NCBI GenBank assembly: GCA_041641305.1 | Contig: JBEPYN010000001.1 | Location: forward strand, 787,183-851,182 | DNA from: Nitrososphaerota archaeon | Lineage (GTDB): Archaea; Thermoproteota; Nitrososphaeria_A; Caldarchaeales; Caldarchaeaceae | Reading direction: 5' to 3' | DNA length: 64,000 bases | Shown: in pieces, positions 10,254-20,932 of the stretch | Position numbering within the stretch: the stretch's first letter is position 1 | How the letters are laid out: every line of letters begins with the position of its first letter | The notes under the pieces: generated by a model | Databases searched by the model: none | What the model was told of the DNA's origin: nothing | The model's input: only the letters and a program-made list of their open reading frames with translations | Made by a program: the position numbers and the translations under genes

Positions 10254-10557
10254 GAAAGTCATTAAAGCATTGGAGTGCCTCAGGGCAGAGAAAGATAGCC
10301 TCAAGATAGAGGAGGCTTATTTAGTTGGGAGCTACGCCAGGGGAGACTGGCTTAGAGACAGCGACTTGGACTTGATAATTGTGTCGCCGATTTTCAGAAA
10401 CCTAGACGTAGGTGTGAGGTATAGGGTTGTCAAAGAGGCGATAGGATATGGTGTACCGCTAGAAGCCCTATGCTACACGCCCGAGGAATTCCAAGAAGCT
10501 AAGAATAGAAGCATAGTAGTTCAGGATATGTTGGAGTACGCTGTCAAAGTGATATGA
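10228..10557 (+). CDS. MNT nucleotidyltransferase (HEPN-MNT pair)
   Basis: GSYARGD..SDLDL; YTPEEF. Confidence 0.92.
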   Translation: MERSLELPEKVIKALECLRAEKDSLKIEEAYLVGSYARGDWLRDSDLDLIIVSPIFRNLDVGVRYRVVKEAIGYGVPLEALCYTPEEFQEAKNRSIVVQDMLEYAVKVI

Positions 10558-10976
10558 AAGCCTTGAACCCGCCCCTCTACTACTGACCGCCAAGAGATCA
10601 GTATAGCATTGCCTCGCTAAATTAATGAATAGACGCTATACCGTTTATGCCTCTAACAATGTAAGACGCTGCACCTCTTGCCTGGACAGTCCCCAAGGTT
10701 GTCAGACACGAGGTAGTTGTTCCGAGGCCTAGACAGCGATAAAGGTGGGGTAGGCATTGGAAGCTTATAGATGAAGACATCTGAAGGAGACGGTAAGCTC
10801 AGGAAATCACATTATGGATAACTAACAATAAAATTAGCGAAGTTGCTCCTAATCTCGACACCGCCGTCAGACCTAATACGTTTTTATTGGCTTTGATATC
10901 TCTCCTCCTCACCCAGTCAGGGTTTAACTCTTGTTGACCTGTTATACCTAACGACCTGTTGATCGGTCTCTTGATC

Positions 10977-12512
10977 TTACATTTTATAAATTTGTTCTCT
11001 TAGTCTATTATCAACGATTGCGTTATCCACAACCTCGATAAGTTCGTCCCAATTCTTCAAATTTTCGTGTAGAATAGCCAACATGAACAGCCTTCTGATA
11101 ATTCTTGCTATTGTTCTATCGAAATCTGGGCCTAAGAACCTTTTGGGTTGCATAGCATTTTTAGAAAAGTGCGGTGCGATTTCTTTAATATTTACTTCAG
11201 CGTTAGGAAGGTTATCCCAAAAAAATTTCCCGTCTGTTTTTTCAAAGGGTAAAGAATAAGTTGGTGCATCGGGAAACACCTCTGCACCATGGACTATCTT
11301 GCTCCTTGCTCGATATAATTCTGTCAGAAATTTACGATGATAGATGGCCTGTTTTTCGTCTCCGCTCGCTAGAAGAGCTCCTCTTAGAGCTAATCTATAT
11401 GTTATCTCCTCTCTTTCGCTGTCTTTGGATAGAAGAGTCTCTAGTAGAATGCAGTAGTTTAATATTTCATCCTCAGCATCTCTGGTGGGAACCGATAATC
11501 TCTTACCTATGACCTCTAACTTTCTCTCCAGCCCTTTCACACGCTTTCTCAGAATCTCTATTTGCCTCCAGACATTCATTAGGTCGGTTACATCTACTGT
11601 AATTGTTTTTTTATCAAGTTTGCTTGGAGGATGAATCGTCAGACCGCTGGCCCACTCATACATTTCTTCCTTTAAATAATCACCAAAATCTAGATTAGGC
11701 CATAATATCAGAGAATTTCCCATCTCATGCAACTCACCTGTGGTAACAATCCGCTTTATATCTATTCCTATCACGTTATGAAAAATTATGCGATGGGATG
11801 AATCAGGGAGGGATTCTTCTTTGTTTTCTCGTATCTTATTGTCCCTCAGCCCAACTAAAAAGACAGAAACCATAAAGTGTCCTAATACTTTTCTTATCAT
11901 AGAAAAGACATGCTCTATGTCAACAGAATCTAGAAATTCAGATACTCTAGCTTTGAAATCCTTTATCTCTAGGATATAAAGGGACCTGCCTTTGTCATCT
12001 TTCTGGGAAAAAAGTCTAAGATTATCATTAAGCCACACTGGTTCTTCATGGATCTCGATCTCGACCGAGGATTCTATGTGGATTTTAATAGGGGTGAGCA
12101 TGCATCTCTCATCAAAAAAGGTACAGAGAACGTTCAAAACTTTATCAGGTTTCCCGCTTATCAGTGAATCGTTGATAAAGCTTCTTATAACCTCCACCGC
12201 CAACCAGGGTAACTGGCGCAAATGTGTGGCATTAGATTCTTCCCAATCGTCGGCCTCGACAATTGGCTCGACTTGTTCAAAATATCTTCTGAAGCTCTTG
12301 CAGTTAATGAGCTGCTCTAAGACACGTTGATACTCTGGCAACATTTTCAATGATTCATTGAAAATGGATGCATCGTCGATGTTGAGATTGATATACTTAG
12401 GTAAAAGAAGTTCTCCGGAGACAATCATAGACTTCACCCGCTCGAATAGATATAACATGTCATCACGTAAATCGGAAAACCTCTCGGGCATGATGTTCTT
12501 AATTCGTTGCAA
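10977..12512 (-). CDS. ApeA-like HEPN domain protein (putative defence RNase)
   Basis: LETLL..EITYRLALRGALL..LYRARSKIVHG (RxxxxH); AT-rich. Confidence 0.75.
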   Translation of the reverse strand: MQRIKNIMPERFSDLRDDMLYLFERVKSMIVSGELLLPKYINLNIDDASIFNESLKMLPEYQRVLEQLINCKSFRRYFEQVEPIVEADDWEESNATHLRQLPWLAVEVIRSFINDSLISGKPDKVLNVLCTFFDERCMLTPIKIHIESSVEIEIHEEPVWLNDNLRLFSQKDDKGRSLYILEIKDFKARVSEFLDSVDIEHVFSMIRKVLGHFMVSVFLVGLRDNKIRENKEESLPDSSHRIIFHNVIGIDIKRIVTTGELHEMGNSLILWPNLDFGDYLKEEMYEWASGLTIHPPSKLDKKTITVDVTDLMNVWRQIEILRKRVKGLERKLEVIGKRLSVPTRDAEDEILNYCILLETLLSKDSEREEITYRLALRGALLASGDEKQAIYHRKFLTELYRARSKIVHGAEVFPDAPTYSLPFEKTDGKFFWDNLPNAEVNIKEIAPHFSKNAMQPKRFLGPDFDRTIARIIRRLFMLAILHENLKNWDELIEVVDNAIVDNRLREQIYKM

Positions 12513-12653
12513 CTAGATAAGCCTTTTATTATTCGATCTCGACACTGTCACTTTTTAAAGTTTTCCAGCTTATTACCTTGTGGCTTGATTTTTTCTTTCT
12601 CTATCGGCTCTTGAATCTTTGTCTAGGTGTTTCTCTGTCATGTTATCTTCTTT

Positions 12654-13000
12654 ATGGGTTGTTGGTGGGAGGTGGATGAGCGGCTCATCAGGAGGGGCAT
12701 CCTTGTACCGGGTCTCACGTTCGTCAAGCATTATTGTGCTGGGTTTAGGGAGGTAACTGTGGTAAGAGGGTAGGCCCTTCAAGATACCAGCAGCTATGTT
12801 ATGGTCCATAGCTGTGTGAGGTATGTCTTCTCTGTTAGGTTTAGGCAGCTTAAGGGACTCACCAAATTCCTAGAAGGATGTTCCCTATACTGCCGAGTAT
12901 TCTTAGGTTAGGAGGAGGGAGCATACAACTCGATAAAACTATACAAGTATCTAGAGAAGTAGGGAGATAGGATCCATAGTCAGGCCTAGGAGGAGCGCTA
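12654..13000 (+). mobile_element. Degenerate IS5-like (DDE) transposase remnant
   Basis: WEVDERLIRRGILV, GKRGRPF-like, VRYVFSVRFRQLKGL fragments with frameshifts and stops; right end approximate. Confidence 0.7.
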
Positions 13001-13052
13001 GGACTGATAGAGGGCCTCCATCCAGAAGATCTGTTAGGCATTCATACACCAA

Positions 13053-13724
13053 GTGTTTATGAATAGTCTTATGGTGTTAACCATTTCGACCAAACCGGGT
13101 AATGTTTGCTGGTTAACAAGACTCTCTGGGCTGGGCACCGGGGTTTTCGCTAAAGTGATTGAGCAGCAGCCCTTGGATGGCGGATGGAGAAACCAGTTTT
13201 TCCGTATATCCGCGGACAATAAAGCAGGTGAGATTGAATCTTTTCTCAAAACCGAAAAATCTTTTCATGAGTTGCGGATTATCAAGTCTGGTGACGGCCT
13301 CATCTATGGCACTGCTTTGGTGAAGTGCGGCAAAGCATGCGGGATAGAGGAAGCCGGTCCATGTATACTTAGGAGCGTCAGCACAGGCTCGGATGGTCGT
13401 GTTATCTGGAGCTTAATAGGAACAAGCACAGCGTTACAGAAGTTCATGCGGAGGCTTTCAGAGAGGGGAATTATGTATGAGACGCTAGAGATGCGTGTTG
13501 TGAAACCTAAAGGAGGCCTCACCAGCAGGCAGGAGCTGATGATAAAGGCCGCTCTCGAGCTCGGTTTCTTCGACTATCCCAAGAAGATACATGTAAAGGA
13601 GCTGGCTCAACTCTTCGGCATAACACCTGCCACATTCACAGAGACTATGAGGAAGGCTTTGAAGAAGATTGTTAAGGAACATGTGACGTTAGCCGGCAGC
13701 TTTGATGAGATAAGATTAAGATAA
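13053..13724 (+). CDS. Bat/HTH-10 family transcriptional regulator with Cys cluster (NarO/DmsR-like)
   Basis: LTSRQE..ALELGFFDYPK..ELAQLFGI; C..CxxxCx7C. Confidence 0.9.
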   Translation: MFMNSLMVLTISTKPGNVCWLTRLSGLGTGVFAKVIEQQPLDGGWRNQFFRISADNKAGEIESFLKTEKSFHELRIIKSGDGLIYGTALVKCGKACGIEEAGPCILRSVSTGSDGRVIWSLIGTSTALQKFMRRLSERGIMYETLEMRVVKPKGGLTSRQELMIKAALELGFFDYPKKIHVKELAQLFGITPATFTETMRKALKKIVKEHVTLAGSFDEIRLR

Positions 13725-13757
13725 TGCAACATATCCTAATATTCTCCGCTCAAAAAC

Positions 13758-13771
13758 CCTAACTTTTTAGG
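13758..13771. promoter_or_regulatory. Candidate operator CCTAA-N4-TTAGG upstream of the Mo-enzyme operon
   Basis: Perfect 5-bp inverted repeat ending 40 nt before ATG 13811. Confidence 0.4.
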
Positions 13772-13810
13772 TAGAAAGTCTATTCGGCGCTTAAGCTATT
13801 AAACTCCTGT

Positions 13811-16800
13811 ATGGGCGGTCTGAAACTGAGTAGACGAGATTTCCTAGCACTCGTCCCTTCTTCGGCGCTGTCTGCCGCGGTGTTGGCGGTGCTGCCGGAG
13901 GATATTCTGGCCCTCGAGTATATCGAGCCGATAGACCCCAGAATCAATCCTCTCACAACTTACCCGAATAGGGACTGGGAGAGGGTTTACAGGGACATAT
14001 ACACACCAGATAGTACCTTTCACTATCTCTGTGCACCCAACGACACCCACGGCTGCCTCCTCAGAGCAAGCGTGAAGAACGGGGTCGTGATATATGCCGA
14101 CCCCTCCTTCGGATACGGTAAAGCCACAGACATCTATGGGAACAGAGCATCATCTAGATGGGACCCGCGAGCATGTATAAGCGGCCTCTCGTATGTGAGA
14201 AGGTTCTACTCCGACAGGCGGGTAAAGGGCGCCTATGTGAGGGCCGGGTTTAAGAAATGGGTGGACGCTGGATATCCGCGCGACCCAGCGACAGGTCAAC
14301 CGCCCCATGAATACTTCTCGGGACGTGGCAAGGAGGAGTTTGTGAAGGTTTCCTATGAAGAGGCGTTCAGGATAGTGGCTCAGACTCTGTTAAACATAGT
14401 AACAACCTATAGTGGGGACGAGGGGCAGGCGAGGCTTTTGGCACAAGGATACGACAATGCGATGGTTGAGTCGATGGAGGGAGCTGGCACGAGAACAATC
14501 AAGTTTAGAGGCGGCATGCCCTTCAACGCAGGCATTAGGATAGGCGGGTTCTACCGTTTCGCCAACATGATGGCGTTGCTCGATGCATATGTAAGGGGTG
14601 TGGGTCCGGATGAGGCTAAAGGCTCTCGGGGATGGGATAACTATGCATGGCATACTGACCTGCCGCCCGGCCACCCAATGGTGACGGGTAACAAGACTCT
14701 CGACTTCGACCTCTACACGGCGGAAAACGCCAAGCTGATTATACTCTGGGGCAAGAACTGGATAGCCACAAAGATGCCTGACGGCCACTGGCTCACCGAA
14801 GCGAAGCTGAAGGGAGCAAAAATTGTTACAATTGCGCCTGAATACCAGTCAAGTAGCTCTAAGGCCGACTATGTCATAATCATTAGAGCTGGGACGGACC
14901 AGGCTTTTGCCCTTGGTTTGGCGCATGTCCTGATAAGAGATAGGCTGTATGATGAGAAGTTTGTCAAGTCATTCACCGACCTGCCGCTGTTGGTGAGGAT
15001 GGATAACCTAAAGCTTCTACGAGCTCGTGACGTCATCGAGGGCTACACTCCTTCACGGCTCAGCAACTTCACAACAGTCCTCAAAACAGGGGAATCACCT
15101 CTGCCGCTCATGCTCCAGAAAGACCAATTGATTCCTGAGAAGCTCAGGGCTGAGTGGGATGATTTCATGGTTTGGGATTATAAAACAAGGCAGCCTCGGG
15201 CGGTTACCAGGGACCAAGTTGGAGAATATTTCACGGGCTTGGATGTTGACCCAGCTCTTGAAGGCGAGTTTGAGGTTAAGCTGGTCGACGGCTCAACTGT
15301 GAAGGTTAGGCCGGTCTTCGACTTGGTCAAACAGTATCTGGAAGCTTTTGACCCCTACACGGTCTCGGAGATAACATGGGCTCCCCCAGACTCTGTCGAG
15401 GAGCTGGCCCGCCTTATAGCGTCCAACAAGACTAGAACCCTCTTCGTCGAGGGTATGGGGCCCAACCACTTCTACCACAGCGACCTCAAAGACCGTGGAA
15501 TAATACTTGTGGCAAGTCTCACCAATAACATAGGGCATTTCGGCGGGACCGTAGGCAGCTACGCGGGCAACTACAGAATGGAGCTTCTTAATGGAGCTCT
15601 CCAGTGGTTAGTTGAGGACCCGTTCAACCCTGAGCTAGACCCGTCCAAGCCAGCTCGGCAGAGAAAGTATTGGAAGGAGGAGTCAGCCCATTACTATGCA
15701 TACGATGACAGGCCCCTACGCATAGGTGGAAAGCTTTTCACAGGCAAGACCCACATGCCCTCACCCACCAAAGCAACCTTCTGGGCCAACACCAACTCCA
15801 TACTCGGTAACAGCAAGTGGGCCCATAACATTATGGTCAACACTTTGCCCAAGATTGAGATGATTGTGGTGAACGACTGGCTGTGGACAGCAACCTGCGA
15901 ATACGCTGACGTGGTCTTTGGCGTGGACAGCTGGGCTGAGAGAAAGAAGCCCGACATGTACGGCTCGGTCACAAACCCGTTCCTCCAAGCGTGGCCAAGG
16001 ACACCGCTTCCACGGATATATGATACGAGGGATGACTTGGAGGTTTTGGCCGGTATTGCTGAGAAGCTTTCCGAGCTTACCGGTGATAGACGCTTCAGAG
16101 AATATTGGCACTTTGTCTACGAGGACAAGGTCGAGGTTTACCTGAACAGGGTCTTCCAAGCTGGGAACACAACCAAGGGTTATAGGTTTGAGGAGCTGGA
16201 GGAAAGCTGCAAAAAAGGTACACCCTTCTACATGCTGGTTAGAACAAGTCCACGTATAACGGGGTGGGAGCAGACCAACGAGAGTAGGCCATGGTACACC
16301 AAGACTGGACGGCTAGAGTTCTACCGCGAAGAGGATGAGTTCATCGATTATGGTGAAAACCTCCCCGTATACAGGGAGCCTATAGATAACACACCATACG
16401 AGCCAAACGTCATAGTCTCCAAGCCGCATCCAGCCCTTAAGCCGAAGCTGCCCAGCGACTACGGCATTCCGGTGGGCGACATGTCCACTGAGGTGCGGCA
16501 GGTGAGGAACGTTGTCAAGCCTTGGGAGGAGGTACGTGAAACCAAGCACCCACTCGTTGACATGGGATACGCCCACATCCTCGTCACACCAAAGTACAGA
16601 CACGCATGCCACACCATGGGAGCCAGCACGGACCTAGAGGCCACCTATTTCGGGCCGTTCGGCGACTTCTACCGCCATGATAAGCGGAAGCCGTGGGTGA
16701 GCGAGGGCTACATTGACATAAATCCCATCGTCGCCAAGAAGCTGGGAATCGAGGACGGTGACTATGTTTGGTGTGATGCAGACCCATCTGACAGGCCATT

Positions 16801-17290
16801 CGTTGGATGGACAGACAAGCCCGAGGACTACAAGGTCTTCAGATGGCTTGTTAGGGCTCGCCACTACCCTAACATAGCACCTGGGGTGGCGAGGGCATGG
16901 TTCCACTTTTACGTCGCAACACACGGCTCGGTTGAAGCTCATGAGAAAAGAGCGGACGGCCTTGCCAAAAACCCACGAACCGGATACCAAGCCGCCTACA
17001 GATACGGCAGCCACCAATCCACAACAAGAACCTGGTTGAAGCCCACACTACAGACAGATAGCCTAGTCCGAAAAGAATACTATGGCCAGCTTATCGGAAA
17101 GGGTTTCGCCATAGACGTTCATCAAGTGGTTGGAGCGCCCAAGGAATCTTTCGTCAAGATAACTAGGGCGGAGCCTGGTGGAGAGGACCGGAAGGGCCTA
17201 TGGAGCCCAGCGGCCGCTGGGCTAAGACCTGCATACGCCAGCGACGAGGTGAAGAAGTATCTTGCAGGCCAGTTTGTGGAGGTGATTTAG
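13811..17290 (+). CDS. narG: Tat-exported type II DMSO-reductase-family alpha subunit (nitrate reductase / Nitrospira-type NXR-like)
   Basis: SRRDFL Tat motif; CAPNDTHGC FS0 motif; YAWHTDLPPGHP; GKNWIATKMPD. Confidence 0.9.
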   Translation: MGGLKLSRRDFLALVPSSALSAAVLAVLPEDILALEYIEPIDPRINPLTTYPNRDWERVYRDIYTPDSTFHYLCAPNDTHGCLLRASVKNGVVIYADPSFGYGKATDIYGNRASSRWDPRACISGLSYVRRFYSDRRVKGAYVRAGFKKWVDAGYPRDPATGQPPHEYFSGRGKEEFVKVSYEEAFRIVAQTLLNIVTTYSGDEGQARLLAQGYDNAMVESMEGAGTRTIKFRGGMPFNAGIRIGGFYRFANMMALLDAYVRGVGPDEAKGSRGWDNYAWHTDLPPGHPMVTGNKTLDFDLYTAENAKLIILWGKNWIATKMPDGHWLTEAKLKGAKIVTIAPEYQSSSSKADYVIIIRAGTDQAFALGLAHVLIRDRLYDEKFVKSFTDLPLLVRMDNLKLLRARDVIEGYTPSRLSNFTTVLKTGESPLPLMLQKDQLIPEKLRAEWDDFMVWDYKTRQPRAVTRDQVGEYFTGLDVDPALEGEFEVKLVDGSTVKVRPVFDLVKQYLEAFDPYTVSEITWAPPDSVEELARLIASNKTRTLFVEGMGPNHFYHSDLKDRGIILVASLTNNIGHFGGTVGSYAGNYRMELLNGALQWLVEDPFNPELDPSKPARQRKYWKEESAHYYAYDDRPLRIGGKLFTGKTHMPSPTKATFWANTNSILGNSKWAHNIMVNTLPKIEMIVVNDWLWTATCEYADVVFGVDSWAERKKPDMYGSVTNPFLQAWPRTPLPRIYDTRDDLEVLAGIAEKLSELTGDRRFREYWHFVYEDKVEVYLNRVFQAGNTTKGYRFEELEESCKKGTPFYMLVRTSPRITGWEQTNESRPWYTKTGRLEFYREEDEFIDYGENLPVYREPIDNTPYEPNVIVSKPHPALKPKLPSDYGIPVGDMSTEVRQVRNVVKPWEEVRETKHPLVDMGYAHILVTPKYRHACHTMGASTDLEATYFGPFGDFYRHDKRKPWVSEGYIDINPIVAKKLGIEDGDYVWCDADPSDRPFVGWTDKPEDYKVFRWLVRARHYPNIAPGVARAWFHFYVATHGSVEAHEKRADGLAKNPRTGYQAAYRYGSHQSTTRTWLKPTLQTDSLVRKEYYGQLIGKGFAIDVHQVVGAPKESFVKITRAEPGGEDRKGLWSPAAAGLRPAYASDEVKKYLAGQFVEVI

Positions 17291-17291
17291 G

Positions 17292-18446
17292 ATGCCGAAG
17301 GTATACAACTGGCAGATTGGCCGCGAGATGGACTACTGGTATGAAGGAGCTAGGCCGAGGAGGCAGGCTGCCGCTGTCTTCGACACCAACAAGTGCATCG
17401 CATGCCAGACATGCACGGTAGCGTGCAAGACCACATGGACTTCTGGGAAGGGTCAGGAGTACATGTACTGGAATAACGTGGAGACCAAGCCGTGGGGCTC
17501 CTATCCCTTGGGCTGGGATGTCAAGATACTTGCGGCGCTTGGCCGACAGAGGTGGGAGCGCGAAGGCGATAGATATGTTTACAAAGGTAAGACGTTATTT
17601 GAGGCGGCCAGCCCCAGCGAACGCGTCCTGGGATATCTGCCCAGCGACCTGGACTATGCTTACCCCAACAGGGGCGAGGATGAGACAAACGAGGTCTTGG
17701 TGGAGGAAAAGTTCTATCTAAGGATGCCCCATGACCTCTGGTTCTTCTATCTCCCACGCATATGCAACCACTGCACCTACCCGGCATGCCTAGCATCATG
17801 CCCCCGACTCGCCATCTACAAGAGACCCGAAGACGGCATAGTCCTCGTGGACCAGGCTAGGTGCAGAGGATATAGAGAATGTGTGCAGGCATGCCCCTAC
17901 AAGAAGGTCTTCTACAACCATGTCACACGCATCTCAGAGAAATGTGTCCTCTGCTACCCCGCGGTCGAAAAAGGCCTATGGCCCCGGTGCATGAGGACAT
18001 GCATTGGCAAGATCAGGATGTTCGGCTACCTCAATACACCTGAATACGCGGACCCCGAAAACCCATTGGACTTCCTAGTCCACGTCAAGAAAGTTGGTCT
18101 TCCACTGCTTCCACAGCTTGGGCTCGAGCCCAACATCTACTACATACCTCCCATACACGTGGGCAACATCAATTTCCTGAGGATGCTTTTCGGACCGGGC
18201 GTCGACCAAGCCATTCAAACCTACAAAAAAGCCATCGCAGGTAGGGACATCGAGCTGGTGGCAGCCCTTCTCCTCAACGTGTCAACCGACAGGATAATGA
18301 CAAAGTTCAAGGTAATCGGCTCGAGCGAAGTGGCGGGATACGATGAGAACGGCCACGAGGTTGTGAGAATTCCCATCAAGGAACCTGCTGTGGTGAGGCC
18401 TTTCTATGACGACAGGCTTCAAGTCTATAGGCACAACATCACTTAG
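17292..18446 (+). CDS. narH: Fe-S beta subunit (NarH/NxrB-like)
   Basis: MPKVYNWQIGR start; CIACQTC, CNHCTYPAC, CRGYREC..CP, CVLC..CIG. Confidence 0.92.
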   Translation: MPKVYNWQIGREMDYWYEGARPRRQAAAVFDTNKCIACQTCTVACKTTWTSGKGQEYMYWNNVETKPWGSYPLGWDVKILAALGRQRWEREGDRYVYKGKTLFEAASPSERVLGYLPSDLDYAYPNRGEDETNEVLVEEKFYLRMPHDLWFFYLPRICNHCTYPACLASCPRLAIYKRPEDGIVLVDQARCRGYRECVQACPYKKVFYNHVTRISEKCVLCYPAVEKGLWPRCMRTCIGKIRMFGYLNTPEYADPENPLDFLVHVKKVGLPLLPQLGLEPNIYYIPPIHVGNINFLRMLFGPGVDQAIQTYKKAIAGRDIELVAALLLNVSTDRIMTKFKVIGSSEVAGYDENGHEVVRIPIKEPAVVRPFYDDRLQVYRHNIT

Positions 18447-18448
18447 AG

Positions 18449-19447
18449 GTGGTGAATATGGTGTCGAATAAAAAAGATAGACGCGTGGCCGTGACTCGGA
18501 TGGCCGGTGCAGCGGACCGTTTATTCCTTCCCATAATGGCCGGCGCATCATTGTTCATCGCCCTGACTGCAGCATTCTACAGGCAGATTCAGGAGACCAT
18601 ATCCACGCCCAAGTCAACTGAGACAAAGGGCCCGAGGCCTGATGTAATAGCCCGCCTAGTTGACAAGGTTCCGGTGAGAGACCCTGACTCGCCCACATGG
18701 AGTGAGGTGCCTCTCACTAGGATAAGCTTGGCCGACCAGTCTATAATCAGACCGCTCAAGCTCAGTGTTCCCAAGGATTCTCTTAATGTGCGAGCAGCCC
18801 ACGACGGAGAGTTTATCGGGTTTCTGCTGGAATGGCGCGACAACACAGCTGACACGAGCGCGATTAAGGTTACCGAGTTCAGGGATGCGTGCGCCGTTAT
18901 GCTCACAAGCTATCCTGCGCCGCCGGAGGCACGGTTCATGGGCACACAGACGATGCCGGCCACGATACTCCACTGGAAGGCTGACTGGCAAATAGACGTA
19001 GAGGAAGGTTTCCAAGACCTAGAAAAGGCGTTTCCAAACATATCTGCAGACATGTACCCGCTTCTGAAGGAATCCATAACAGCTGGGAAACCTCCTAAAA
19101 CCGTGGACCTGCCCGACTTCGCAAGGATTAGGCTACCGGGGACATGGGTGGGAAACCCAATATCCCAGCCTAAGAAAGAGGTGCCTGTCGAGAAAATAAT
19201 TGCCAAGGGCCCGGCGACAGTGACGACGTTACCCACGCAGGATGCTGTTGGATGGGGAAGATGGAGAGATGGAGTATGGCGTGTGGTGCTGGCGAAGAAG
19301 ATGAAAGCCTCAGACAAAACTGCTGGCGAGATAGACATAGAGAGGGGAAATACCTATTCTGTGGCTTTCACAGTCTGGTTCGGAGACCAAGGCGACAGAG
19401 GAGCTAGGAAAAACCCAAGCATGCTCCACACACTGTACATAGAGTAG
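18449..19447 (+). CDS. Heme-b gamma subunit (EbdC/NxrC-like)
   Basis: N-terminal TM; LLEWRD, FRDACAV, HWKADWQ, W.DG.WRVV, RGARK. Confidence 0.85.
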   Translation: MVNMVSNKKDRRVAVTRMAGAADRLFLPIMAGASLFIALTAAFYRQIQETISTPKSTETKGPRPDVIARLVDKVPVRDPDSPTWSEVPLTRISLADQSIIRPLKLSVPKDSLNVRAAHDGEFIGFLLEWRDNTADTSAIKVTEFRDACAVMLTSYPAPPEARFMGTQTMPATILHWKADWQIDVEEGFQDLEKAFPNISADMYPLLKESITAGKPPKTVDLPDFARIRLPGTWVGNPISQPKKEVPVEKIIAKGPATVTTLPTQDAVGWGRWRDGVWRVVLAKKMKASDKTAGEIDIERGNTYSVAFTVWFGDQGDRGARKNPSMLHTLYIE

Positions 19448-19455
19448 TACCTGGT

Positions 19456-20064
19456 TTGAGCACCCTAGAGAATTACGAGTCAAAACTGCTGGCCACAGCA
19501 GCCATATACAGCCTCCTCTCATCCAGCTTCACATCAGACCCAAAAACCATCCAGAAATCCGTCAACTCCCTCAAAAAAATTTTCGATAGACTTGGGATGA
19601 ACGCGGAATCAAACCTAGCGGACAACGTGATAAACATCATCCAGTCAGATGAGAATGCATCCTCGGAGTATGTGCGTCTGTTTGAGATGGGTGTCGCACC
19701 ACCATGCGAGACCGCATACACATGCGTTGAAAACATGGAGAACAGGACCTACGAGCTGGCGGACATAGCGGGCTTCTACAGAGCCTTCAACGTGAAGCAG
19801 GCTACCGGTACACCGGACCACATAAGAGCTGAGCTAGAGTTTATGGCCCTGCTAATGGTGAAGGAGCTGCTGGCCCATGAAAGCTCTAACGCAGAAGCCT
19901 CTGAAACATGCCGCGAGGCAAGACGAAAGTTCTACGTCGAGCATCTCTCCCGCTGGGTAGGTGAATGGACAAAAAAGGTGAAGGAAAACGCCCGAAAACC
20001 GCTCTACATCAACCTCACCGAACTCATCTCCAGAATTATATCAAAACATGAATTGGTGATGTGA
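19456..20064 (+). CDS. TorD/DmsD-family maturation chaperone
   Basis: PPCETAY, GFYRAF, PDHIRAELEFM, HLSRW. Confidence 0.9.
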   Translation: MSTLENYESKLLATAAIYSLLSSSFTSDPKTIQKSVNSLKKIFDRLGMNAESNLADNVINIIQSDENASSEYVRLFEMGVAPPCETAYTCVENMENRTYELADIAGFYRAFNVKQATGTPDHIRAELEFMALLMVKELLAHESSNAEASETCREARRKFYVEHLSRWVGEWTKKVKENARKPLYINLTELISRIISKHELVM

Positions 20065-20187
20065 AACAGGCTAAGCAACTGCTTAGAATCTTCAAGAATG
20101 TGGTGGAAGGATTTCTGTTAAACCTTTACACCAGCCATAAAGCTCGTTGAAAATATTAATTTATTCGCATATGTTGTTGCAATTATA

Positions 20188-20850
20188 ATGAAAAGGGTGG
20201 CCCTCAGTTGGAGTGGTGGAAAAGATTCGGCGATGGCTTACTACACTTTAGCGGCTCAAGAAGACGCGCTTATAGAATTTCTCATCACAAAGTTTAATGA
20301 GTTAAACAACAGGGTTAGCATGCATGGTGTCAGGCTTGACCTTATAGAGATGCAGGCAGAGAAACTCGGAGCCAGACTCCTAACGATCCCCTTACCTCCT
20401 AACTGCAGCAATGAAACATACTCCGAGAGAATGAAGACATCTCTCAAAAACCTTGCTGCGGAGGGCATAGACACAATTGTTTTCGGTGATATTTTTCTCG
20501 AAGACGTGCGCCGCTACAGGGAGGAGAACCTTGTATCCATAGGCTTCCGCGGAATGTTTCCACTATGGGGCAAAGATACAATGGAGCTGGCCCGAACATT
20601 TATAAAACTTGGCTTCAGAGCGGTCATATGTTGCGTCGACCTTCAGCAAGCTCCCTCATGGCTCATAGGCCGCGAATACAGCTGGGGCCTACTCGAGAAC
20701 CTACCTAAAGAAGTGGACCCATGCGGCGAGAGAGGAGAATTCCACACTTTTGTATATGATGGGCCTATTTTCAAGACACCGATTCAAATCAAGAAAGGCG
20801 AAATGGTCCTGCGGGAGGGGAGATTTCTCTTTCTGGACCTAATTTTATGA
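20188..20850 (+). CDS. PP-loop ATPase, diphthine-ammonia ligase/MJ0570 (DUF71) family
   Basis: SWSGGKDS; DPCGERGEFHTFVYDGP. Confidence 0.9.
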   Translation: MKRVALSWSGGKDSAMAYYTLAAQEDALIEFLITKFNELNNRVSMHGVRLDLIEMQAEKLGARLLTIPLPPNCSNETYSERMKTSLKNLAAEGIDTIVFGDIFLEDVRRYREENLVSIGFRGMFPLWGKDTMELARTFIKLGFRAVICCVDLQQAPSWLIGREYSWGLLENLPKEVDPCGERGEFHTFVYDGPIFKTPIQIKKGEMVLREGRFLFLDLIL

Positions 20851-20932
20851 CAGACGTTAGAGAGATGGAACACTGTTTATAGCCGAGGGGTATGCTTTTG
20901 TTGTTGACTGGGTATAAACTAGGCTTAAATAT

